Position numbers and translations under genes: made by a program
Part shown: positions 57,167 to 64,000 of the stretch, in pieces
How positions within the stretch are numbered: the stretch's first letter is position 1
How the letters are laid out: each line of letters starts with the position of its first letter
From: Acidimicrobiia bacterium
Lineage (GTDB): Bacteria; Actinomycetota; Acidimicrobiia; IMCC26256; DASPTH01
Direction of reading: 5' to 3'
Assembly: GCA_046331125.1 (NCBI GenBank)
Contig: JAXLRL010000019.1
Coordinates: 8,136-72,135, forward strand
DNA: 64,000 bases
The notes under the pieces: generated by a model
The model's database searches: none
What the model saw: the letters and a program-made list of their open reading frames with translations, nothing else
What the model was told of the DNA's origin: nothing

Positions 57167-58084
57167 CTATTGCTTGTCGACGGCCCCACGTTCCAGCGCG
57201 GCGATGCGGTTCGAGAACTCGGCGGGATCCTGACCGGGGTACTCGAGCCACAACGGCGCGTCGTCGGCGCACAACGTGGCCGGAACGCCGGTGTCGTCGG
57301 CCACCGCGCGCAACGCCGCCGCGAGCGACTGCGGATCGCGCGTCATGCTCAACGCCGCGACGTCGCGGCGGCGGGCGAACCCGGCCAGCGCCCAGCTGCG
57401 CAGCCAGCGACCGACACGCCCCGTCCCCGCGGCCGACGTCACCGAGTCGTTCGCCACGTCGCCCTTGGTGCCCTCGGCGCCCGTGAGCGCGAGCACCCAG
57501 GTGACGAGCGACACCTCACCGCGGGCCATCAACGTCATCTCGTACGCGATGATCGCCTCCACGGGGCGGCGGCCCGTCGCCAGCAACCCGCGCGTGAGCA
57601 CGAGCGTGGCCTCACCGCGCGCCTGCGACACGGCCATCGCGTTGCACGCCGGCGAGTCGATCACGCGCACGACCGGTGACGTGATCCCGGCCGCGATGCC
57701 GAGTGCCGAACAGATCCCGTCGAGGTACTCGCGCTCCTCGGCGGTCGTGGCGTCGTCACCCGAGCGGGCGATCGCGGCCGCTGCGTAGGAGCGACGCCGA
57801 CGCGGGAGCCGGCGCATCGCGATCAACGAACCGATGACCGCCGCGATCGCCAGCACGACACCGAAGCCCTCGAACACCCACCCCGGTGAGTCGGTGATCC
57901 CGAAGTCGGCCTCCCCCAGCACCCGGAGCCCCACGAGGAAGGTGACGAACACCGCCGAGAGCATGGCGAGGAGGATGAAGCGGAGCCCGGCGACGATCCC
58001 GACGAACCACAGCTGCACGAGGCGGGCGGCGCGCTCCGTGCGGCTCGGGAGGTACGACTCCGAGATCGCGGCCGTCTCCGTCAT
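57167..58084 (-). CDS. membrane-anchored M48 (HtpX/Ste24)-like protein with degenerate active site (YEMTL instead of HExxH)
   Basis: The ORF is an intact 305 aa with two N-terminal TM helices. VVRVIDSPACNAMAVSQARGEATLVLTRGLLATGRRPVEAIIAYEMTLMARGEV aligns from memory to the M48 block xNAFAxG…VTxGLL…E…HExxH. The motif codons at 57530-57544 read TAC GAG ATG ACG TTG. Confidence 0.55.
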   Translation of the reverse strand: MTETAAISESYLPSRTERAARLVQLWFVGIVAGLRFILLAMLSAVFVTFLVGLRVLGEADFGITDSPGWVFEGFGVVLAIAAVIGSLIAMRRLPRRRRSYAAAAIARSGDDATTAEEREYLDGICSALGIAAGITSPVVRVIDSPACNAMAVSQARGEATLVLTRGLLATGRRPVEAIIAYEMTLMARGEVSLVTWVLALTGAEGTKGDVANDSVTSAAGTGRVGRWLRSWALAGFARRRDVAALSMTRDPQSLAAALRAVADDTGVPATLCADDAPLWLEYPGQDPAEFSNRIAALERGAVDKQ

Positions 58085-58173
58085 GCGGTGAACGTAGCTG
58101 CATCCGAATCCCGTCGTGAGGGCGAAGAGACGGCAACGGGCAGGACCACACCGACACGATCAGGAGGCCCTGA

Positions 58174-58431
58174 ATGAAGATCCGCAAGCAACTCGCAGTC
58201 GTCGCCGCCGGAGCGGTTGCCGCCGTCGCGCTCGCCGCCGGTCCGGCCGCGGCCGCCGGGAACGGCAACGGCGTCGTCGCGAAGGATTGCTTCGGCGCCC
58301 CGTATGGCAAGACCGGACTGCAGTACGGCCAGTTCAAGGCCAGCGGCCACCCGGGCGGCCCCTACGGCCTCCCGCAGGTGCTCGCCGCCCACGGTCCCGA
58401 CGGCGCCATCCCACTCTGCGCCGCCGGCTGA
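58174..58431 (+). CDS. small secreted protein (85 aa)
   Basis: An AGGAGG RBS precedes the start. It carries the signal peptide MKIRKQLAVVAAGAVAAVALAAGPAAAAG and two Cys in the mature part. Confidence 0.5.
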   Translation: MKIRKQLAVVAAGAVAAVALAAGPAAAAGNGNGVVAKDCFGAPYGKTGLQYGQFKASGHPGGPYGLPQVLAAHGPDGAIPLCAAG

Positions 58432-58503
58432 CCGGTCGATCCGCCCTCTCGACCGGTCACCGCACGGTGGCCCCGGCACCCCCACGCTGGTGTCGGGGCC
58501 ACC
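58432..58503. terminator. two strong hairpins in the convergent gap
   Basis: The first is CCGGTCGA-tccgccctc-TCGACCGG (58432-58456, an 8-bp perfect stem). The second is GGTGGCCCCG…CGGGGCCACC (58466-58503, a 10-bp perfect stem extendable by GCACC/GGTGT). Confidence 0.45.
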
Positions 58504-58522
58504 GCAGCGTCAGGGGCCGCAC

Positions 58523-58939
58523 TCATCGCGGCGACCGTAACCGGGCATGCACCAACACTCCGCTCCCGATCCCCGCGGCGAACGCGAGCAGCAACCCGAG
58601 GGTGTCGAGCGACTCGGCGGCTATCCCGACGAGGGTGAACACCACCAGGCCGACGAACACACCGAGGACGGCACTCACGGTGCCCCGACGGAACGTCCGC
58701 ACGCCGGCGCGCCGGTTGCGGACCATCACGTAGGCCACCCGGCCGGCCAGCATCGCCACCGCGAGGCCGATCGCGCACCAGCCGGCGGCGATCTCCCAGT
58801 AGCTCGGCTCGGGGTACCGGTAGGCGTTGCCGATCGCAACCATGCCGGTGCCGATCAGCAGCAGGACCGCCGCGAGCGCGGCCACGAGTGCGCTCGCATT
58901 GCCGGAGACCAGTGGCCGCTGCCCCGCACGGGACGTCAT
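58523..58939 (-). CDS. hypothetical integral membrane protein (about 4 TM helices)
   Basis: 138 aa, with hydrophobic helices ALVAALAAVLLLIGTGMVAIG, WEIAAGWCAIGLAVAMLAG, VSAVLGVFVGLVVFTLVGIAA and LGLLLAFAAGIGSGVLV. Confidence 0.5.
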   Translation of the reverse strand: MTSRAGQRPLVSGNASALVAALAAVLLLIGTGMVAIGNAYRYPEPSYWEIAAGWCAIGLAVAMLAGRVAYVMVRNRRAGVRTFRRGTVSAVLGVFVGLVVFTLVGIAAESLDTLGLLLAFAAGIGSGVLVHARLRSPR

Positions 58940-59280
58940 GTGGACATCGTGGGCGGTTCGGGCTCCGCCGACGAGGGGCCGACGTCATGAACCGGTGCAC
59001 CGGATCCGCTTCCACGCGTCCGGCCCGGAGAATTGGAGAGCACTTAGCGAGTTGAGCGGACTGCTTCAGGCACAAGGCATGCAGGGACCCGGAGCGGTGG
59101 CAGTGCGACGCAGATTCCCACGGATTCTGAGCTCTTTTCCCACGCCTCCGCCCAGGCTTTCCCACGACCAGACCGCCGTGCGGTCTGGGGCGCACGGACC
59201 GTCAGCACGGCCTCGTTGGGCGGTGAGGAACCAGGCTTGCCCCTGACCTGCGGGCGCTTGGTCGCCGATACGCTTCGTTC

Positions 59281-59451
59281 ATGACATTGCGACAGGGTCA
59301 TGGCCCGTACACGCGCCCAATGCGGTGTGAGGCGTGCGATGAACGCTTCTCGGCACCGGGCGACGGGGCCGGCGCAGCGTACGACGAGGTCCATTGCCCG
59401 GCGTGCGGATCGGCACAGTGCGTCTGGATCTGGGAGAACGAGGACCGTTAG
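59281..59451 (+). CDS. possible 56-aa zinc-ribbon protein (below the 60-aa cutoff of the supplied ORF track)
   Basis: My own translation: MTLRQGHGPYTRPMRCEACDERFSAPGDGAGAAYDEVHCPACGSAQCVWIWENEDR*. It has two CxxC pairs 25 residues apart. No convincing SD is present, and the start could be the internal Met. Confidence 0.3.
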   Translation: MTLRQGHGPYTRPMRCEACDERFSAPGDGAGAAYDEVHCPACGSAQCVWIWENEDR

Positions 59452-59547
59452 CACAATCCCATTAGCTCGCAATGCCCAGGAGCAGCGAAACCCTCGCCGG
59501 CAATCGGACGCGTGTCCCTACCCTGAGAGGCGGACGAGGAGGCGAGG

Positions 59548-61233
59548 GTGGAAGCGGAACGGGCAGCTGAAGTCGCACGGCTCTTGGACGAAGCCGCACT
59601 TCAGGAATGGGACGACAACGTCGCCGTGGCAATCGAACGATTGCTTCCCGATGATGACGGCGCCGCGCTCGGACTGGCCTTCCGCTTCTACGTCTCGCAG
59701 GAGGACGGCAGCCGCCATCGCTGGCGTCCGCTCTTGCGCGTTGACCCGAACGGCAATCAGGTCGAGACCGGTCTGGCCGACCTCGACGAACCCGTCATCC
59801 GCACTTGGGAAGCGGTCGTCAGTCTCGCCGTGCACCCGCGCGTCCGCGCACGCCTTCATGATCTTCTGTTCGAACGACGCTCTGGTGACGTCGGGGCGCA
59901 CGCACGCGAGGCGATCAACAGCTATCTCACGGTCGCTCTCACGCCGAGCTCGACCGTCGCGGAAGTAGACGCGATCACGCGAGCCTTCGACTTGATCGCA
60001 CTCACCCGCCAGCCGGACTTCCTTCCCGAGGCCACCAACGCTGCCATCACAGCCGTCGATGGCGCCTTGGCGTCCACGGACGCCAAGCCGGGCGTGTCCT
60101 TACGAATCCTGGAAGTCCTCGTCGATGCCCGCATCGCGGACGGGCGTGTCGACGACCGACTCCTGCGCTGTCGCACCGCTTATCCCGACCAGTGGAACAC
60201 CGAGCACACGATCGGCCTACAGCTCCGCAGAGAAAGCGACGAGGGCGCTCGAGCGGAGCTGCAACGAGAACGGGTGCTGGCTCTATTCACCGAAGCCGAC
60301 GCTTCAGAGCCCATGGTTGCCGTGTCTCATCTCGCGCGCGCCGCGGCGTTGGCGAGAGAGCTCGCAATCTCGGACCTGCACGAGGAAGCGGTCAGGAGAT
60401 TGCAGGGCGTCGATCCGACCAGCCTTTCCATGCACCGCATCGAAACGCCGATCGAGATCCCGCGAGCCGAAATCGAGGCCTACCTCGACCAGTTGCTTGC
60501 AGCACCAACCTGGCTCGAGGCGGTCGTCAGCCATGTCCTCGCGGGACCACCAAGCGGCAACGTGCACCGCAACCGTGCCACCGTTCAGGAGCTCACGTCC
60601 GAGTTCCCCTTGCAGAACTTGTTCCCCACCGTGCGAGTCGGCGCTGATGGGCTGCCCCGATCCACCGCCGAAACTCCGGAGGAGCGCGCCGAAGCGAGTC
60701 TCGCTAACCATGAGGTAATGGCGATGCAACTCAGCGCGATGGTGCTCGTCGAACTGCTCGAGCGCGCAGGGGTGAAGTTCGGAGAACCGCGGCCCGAAGA
60801 TCTCGCCCCAATGACAGAGCACGCAAGCCACGTCGACCAGGCGACTGGCGATGCCATCGCTCGGGTGATCCGACGCTTCTACCAAGCCGATCCCGAGGCT
60901 GCGGCGTACACGGGCATCCCGCTCATCGAGCGACTCACCCGCAACCTCCTGCTCCAGCTGCGGGTCCCCTTGTTCCGTGTCGAGCGGGACAACAAGCCCG
61001 GCCAGTACCCCGGGATGGGTGCGCTGCTCCACGAGCTCGGCCGTTCCGGTCTGGATCCCTCCTGGCATCGGTACCTGTACGTGCTCCTGGTGGCACCGCA
61101 CGGCTTGAATCTCCGCAATGAAGCGATGCACGGCTTCGCTCCCGAGCTTGGCGCTGGCCATGCGGCGCTGGTGATCGCCGGGTTGCTGTACCTCGCAGTC
61201 CAGACCGTTGGCCCGGTAGGTCACGATGGGTGA
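59548..61233 (+). CDS. 561-aa alpha-helical protein of unknown function with C-terminal HEPN-like R-N-x3-H-G motif (resembles DUF4209-type proteins from memory)
   Basis: A strong SD (GAGGAGG) lies 6-8 nt before the GTG at 59548. The ORF is uninterrupted in a lower-GC region with less GC3-biased codons. The motif LNLRNEAMHGF (R523…H528, DNA 61114-61131) is followed by a hydrophobic helix. No P-loop is present. Confidence 0.65.
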   Translation: MEAERAAEVARLLDEAALQEWDDNVAVAIERLLPDDDGAALGLAFRFYVSQEDGSRHRWRPLLRVDPNGNQVETGLADLDEPVIRTWEAVVSLAVHPRVRARLHDLLFERRSGDVGAHAREAINSYLTVALTPSSTVAEVDAITRAFDLIALTRQPDFLPEATNAAITAVDGALASTDAKPGVSLRILEVLVDARIADGRVDDRLLRCRTAYPDQWNTEHTIGLQLRRESDEGARAELQRERVLALFTEADASEPMVAVSHLARAAALARELAISDLHEEAVRRLQGVDPTSLSMHRIETPIEIPRAEIEAYLDQLLAAPTWLEAVVSHVLAGPPSGNVHRNRATVQELTSEFPLQNLFPTVRVGADGLPRSTAETPEERAEASLANHEVMAMQLSAMVLVELLERAGVKFGEPRPEDLAPMTEHASHVDQATGDAIARVIRRFYQADPEAAAYTGIPLIERLTRNLLLQLRVPLFRVERDNKPGQYPGMGALLHELGRSGLDPSWHRYLYVLLVAPHGLNLRNEAMHGFAPELGAGHAALVIAGLLYLAVQTVGPVGHDG

Positions 61234-62344
61234 CGCCCCGGAGCTGCCCTGGATCTGTGCGCTTCCGTACTTGCCGGTTCGCGAGCCGGTGGAGTTCGCG
61301 GGCTGGTGGCTTGGGCCGGTCACAGCATTCGCAGGACCGTGGCGTGACCCACAGTTTCACGATGCCGTTGGCGAGTTCCTCGACAGCTTCCGCACCGCCA
61401 GCGGCCAACCGGTCAAGAAGCCTGCGTTGCTCGTTCGCCGAGAGACGGGGGCGAATGGCGTTGCGCCGACCCTCGCAGAGTTCCACGCGCTCGAGCTTGC
61501 GATCGGCTTGGCCACCATCGACGCGAATGCGTTCTGGAGCCCCGAGAACGAGCAGGACGGCTACCGCATCGCGACCGCCGATAACGCGGACCTGTGGGTG
61601 CAAAGCATCGACGTGGAACACCGGCGCATCACGCTCGAGCGGGGACTTCGGGTTCGAACCATTGCGGGCGGCCACCGGATCGGGACCGACGACTTCTTCA
61701 TCCCTGCACCGCTCGAGTTGCACCTGCCATCCGGTGTTGGACTGGATGCCGACGTCCTCGAAGCCGTCTACCGCACCGCACTCGAGCAGGGAGACGAGCC
61801 TCGTGCCGAGGCTGTTCTGGTCGCCATCCGCTGGTTGTTGAAGACGTGGCTCAACTCGACGAGCGTGTCGATCGAGGATCGCATCGTGCTGCTGAAGATC
61901 GCGTCCGAAGCGCTCACCGGCAAGGACAAGACCCATGAAGGTGGCGCGCAGCTGGTCGCACTGTTCGCCTCAGCTGGGGAGCAACCGGGTGAGGGCATCG
62001 GCACCGACGGGCTGCTGTGGCAACCGGACGAGCGGCGGCTCAAGCGGGTCTGGTCCAATCGCAGCGGCGAGAAGAGTCACTCCGAGCTCACGCTGCTCGA
62101 ACACTGGTACGGCGCACTGGGAGATGCCCGCAACAAGATCGTGCACGAAGGCGGAGCCTCGTCACTCGTCTACGAGGAAGACTCGCCGTACGCGGGGCCG
62201 TTCGTCGAGATCGGTGATCGCGTCATCCGGGAAGCGATCACCGTGGAGCTCGGGAACTTGGGCTACCCCGCCGTCTGGCGGCGTGGACTGACGCGGGCGT
62301 CGTTCCGCATGTGGGAGCGGCTCTCTGCAGGAGACGTCGAGTAG
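61226..62344 (+). CDS. 372-aa protein of unknown function with HEPN-like R-N-x3-H-E-G motif
   Basis: The ATG overlaps the upstream stop by 8 nt (ATGGGTGA). The ORF is uninterrupted. The motif reads LGDARNKIVHEGG (R302…H307, DNA 62129-62146). I did not recognise the N-terminal about 280 aa. Confidence 0.65.
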   Translation: MGDAPELPWICALPYLPVREPVEFAGWWLGPVTAFAGPWRDPQFHDAVGEFLDSFRTASGQPVKKPALLVRRETGANGVAPTLAEFHALELAIGLATIDANAFWSPENEQDGYRIATADNADLWVQSIDVEHRRITLERGLRVRTIAGGHRIGTDDFFIPAPLELHLPSGVGLDADVLEAVYRTALEQGDEPRAEAVLVAIRWLLKTWLNSTSVSIEDRIVLLKIASEALTGKDKTHEGGAQLVALFASAGEQPGEGIGTDGLLWQPDERRLKRVWSNRSGEKSHSELTLLEHWYGALGDARNKIVHEGGASSLVYEEDSPYAGPFVEIGDRVIREAITVELGNLGYPAVWRRGLTRASFRMWERLSAGDVE

Positions 62345-62541
62345 CCCATCATGGGGTGGTCACAGTGCGCGCGCAACGTGCAGCCCACCCGGACTTGACG
62401 AAAGATCCATTCGCGGCACGCCCGCTCCCCCGCTGCCGTGCCGGCCACGCTGCGTGAGCAGCAGCGCCCGGCGGGCCGTGTCGACCGTGGCGGGACGGTG
62501 GCCAGGGTGAGGCTGTCGCAGCCCTGTCGTAATGTCCAGTC

Positions 62542-63384
62542 GTGGCCGCTATGGGAACGTTACGCATCGCTACCTGGAACCTCAGATGGAGTGGCGGCGC
62601 TGCGACCGTGGAGCGAGAGGCCGACTTGCTCGCGTCGAGCGACTGGGATGTCGCGCTGCTCCAGGAAGTGAATTCGAAGGCGTGGGCTGCTGTGTCCAAC
62701 CTCGAGCGCGTCAGTGGAGCAGTCAGTGCCTTTGACGACGGGTTCCCAACGTTGGACGGAAAACGGCCTCATGGCGTCGCCCTGCTCGTCCGCGATGGAC
62801 TCGCCCTGACCGATCCCGAACCGCTCACGGGCTTGCCGCGCCCTGGCCGTGGCATGGGTGCGACCGTCGAGGGCTGGGATGTGCCGATCAGCGTCTGCAG
62901 TTGGCATGCACCGAACGCCGCGGCCAGCGGACCAGCGATCAAGATGCAGGGCTACCTCGCCTTCCTCGGCTGGATTGCCCGTCAACGAGCGGCGACCGTT
63001 GTCGGGTTCGATTCGAATCACTGGGAGACGAGCACCGAACTCGACCTGACCTGGCCGAGCGATCCAGCCCACGGCTGGTATCTCGAGCAGCGATTCTTCG
63101 GCGCCACTCCGCCTCACGGTCTCCGCGACGCGTACCGCGATTACTTGCGATCGAACGACGCCGAGTACCGACGGCTTCGTGAGACGCTGCCTCCAAACGG
63201 TCCCCTCGCGATCACCTACACCCGAGGGTCGAAACAGCGACCGACACCAGACCGTTTTGACTACGTGTTCATCTCCGAGGATTTCAAGTGCGCTGGCGTC
63301 GATCATCGATACGACGCATCTCTCGACGCGGGAAGTGACCATGCACTCGTGATCGCCGAGCTGGCCCTCGCCGGGTCCAAGTGA
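62542..63384 (+). CDS. endonuclease/exonuclease/phosphatase (EEP) family protein
   Basis: LRIATWNLRW (N), ALLQEVN (E), GFDSNHW and the C-terminal GSDHALVIAEL (D-H) match the EEP catalytic blocks. The start is GTG 62542 or ATG 62551. A TAATGT hexamer lies 6 nt upstream of the GTG. Confidence 0.8.
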   Translation: MAAMGTLRIATWNLRWSGGAATVEREADLLASSDWDVALLQEVNSKAWAAVSNLERVSGAVSAFDDGFPTLDGKRPHGVALLVRDGLALTDPEPLTGLPRPGRGMGATVEGWDVPISVCSWHAPNAAASGPAIKMQGYLAFLGWIARQRAATVVGFDSNHWETSTELDLTWPSDPAHGWYLEQRFFGATPPHGLRDAYRDYLRSNDAEYRRLRETLPPNGPLAITYTRGSKQRPTPDRFDYVFISEDFKCAGVDHRYDASLDAGSDHALVIAELALAGSK

Positions 63385-63436
63385 TCGCTGCCGCATGCGC
63401 ACCGACGAGTCCTCACAGCACGGTTAGGGTCCCGAC

Positions 63437-64000
63437 GTGATCGAGTACACGGAAGGGATGGCCGTCGACGATCAGTTCGAGCTCGTGGACCGGCTTGGAG
63501 CTGGTGGCTTCGGCACCGTCTTCCGAGCTCGGAACCGCCTCGACGGACGCGACTACGCGATCAAGTTCGTCAAGAGCGACGATCCAGATGCAGTGCGACG
63601 AGAGTTCGCACCGCTGCGAGCGATCGATCATCCGAACATCGTCAAGGCGCACTGGGCAGCTCGCACGAAGGACGGCGTGTGGTACATCGCCTTCGACCTG
63701 GTCGAAGGCACGCGGCTGCGCGAAGAGATCGAGGTTGCGGGGCCGATGCCGACTCTGAGGGTCGCCGAAATCGGCGATCAGCTGCTCGATGCGTTGGCGG
63801 CGCTGCACCCTGACGAGGAGCGACTTGCCGCACTTCACAAAGGCACCATGACCGATGGCGAGTACGAGGAGCGTCAACGCATTGAAGCAGCGGGTCTCGT
63901 CCACCGCGATTTGAAGCCCGAGAACCTCATCCTCTGCGAGGACAACACCCTCGTACTCGTTGACTTCGGCATCGCGTCACGCGCCGGCACACGTCGCGTC
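63437..64000 (+). CDS. Hanks-type Ser/Thr protein kinase, N-terminal catalytic domain (3' end outside window)
   Basis: This ORF is not in the supplied track because it runs off the window end; I translated it myself. It carries GAGGFGTVF (G-loop, 63497-63514), YAIKF (Lys codon 63563-63565), HRDLKPEN (63902-) and VDFG (DFG, 63962-63970). An in-frame TAG lies at 63425-63427. The start is GTG 63437 or ATG 63458. Confidence 0.85.
   Translation, partial: MIEYTEGMAVDDQFELVDRLGAGGFGTVFRARNRLDGRDYAIKFVKSDDPDAVRREFAPLRAIDHPNIVKAHWAARTKDGVWYIAFDLVEGTRLREEIEVAGPMPTLRVAEIGDQLLDALAALHPDEERLAALHKGTMTDGEYEERQRIEAAGLVHRDLKPENLILCEDNTLVLVDFGIASRAGTRRV

Noticed and set aside
59044-59968. ORFs 59044-59472 (-) and 59300-59968 (+) in the island entry region
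   Set aside because: Their translations look non-protein-like (Arg/Ser/Thr-rich, no hydrophobic periodicity). The plus-strand one runs out of frame into the 561-aa gene. The small zinc-ribbon frame explains the 59281-59451 stretch better.
60304-63904. Minus-strand ORFs inside the island (60304-61323, 60935-61936, 62560-63402, 63413-63904)
   Set aside because: They are mirror-strand ORFs of the plus-strand genes. Their translations are Arg/Gly/Ser-rich with no motifs. The plus-strand frames carry strong SD sequences, overlapping start/stop coupling and clear EEP and kinase motifs.
58950-64000. Prophage, transposon or integrative element annotation for the low-GC island
   Set aside because: No integrase, transposase, tRNA, terminal inverted or direct repeat, or phage structural gene is visible in the window. 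Only the compositional shift and the defence-like gene content support horizontal origin, so I report it as an island of unknown mobility.

Overview
The window is high-GC and Actinobacteria-like. Supporting signs are a mycothiol-type DinB/maleylpyruvate-isomerase family protein, a luciferase-like (F420-type) oxidoreductase, DUF2510-RDD proteins and frequent leaderless-looking gene starts. I saw no rRNA, tRNA, CRISPR array, transposase or integrase.

Most of the window (about 0.6-49 kb) is a very dense, highly paralogous lipid/steroid-type catabolic region. It holds 12 SDR oxidoreductases, 3 TauD/TfdA dioxygenases, 2 FMN-dependent alpha-hydroxy-acid dehydrogenases and 2 D-aminoacylase-type amidohydrolases. 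It also holds family III CoA-transferases, thiolase-like/DUF35 pairs, MaoC hydratase subunits, a crotonase, APH-like phosphotransferases, GH1 and GH15 glycosidases.

Roughly half of these genes are interrupted by frameshifts, and the broken genes cluster in blocks. This is either real pseudogenisation or coverage-dependent indel error; I cannot tell which from the sequence.

The 49-59 kb stretch is envelope or secreted-protein flavoured. It carries an orphan solute-binding protein, a UDP-galactopyranose-mutase-like flavoenzyme with an uncharacterised divergent partner, and two Coq4-like (HDxxH-x11-E) paralogs. It also carries two exported proteins, DsbA/FrnE, and an M48-peptidase homolog with a destroyed HExxH motif.

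The most interesting part is the last about 5 kb (about 58.95-64.0 kb). GC content drops there and a same-strand gene set appears:
- a possible small zinc-ribbon ORF
- two translationally coupled proteins of unknown function, each with a C-terminal R-N-x3-H (HEPN-like Rx4-6H) motif
- an EEP-family nuclease/phosphatase
- a Hanks-type Ser/Thr kinase truncated by the window end

I interpret this as a candidate horizontally acquired defence or abortive-infection-type module of undescribed composition. All family assignments are from reading the translations and from memory of family motifs; no database search was possible.
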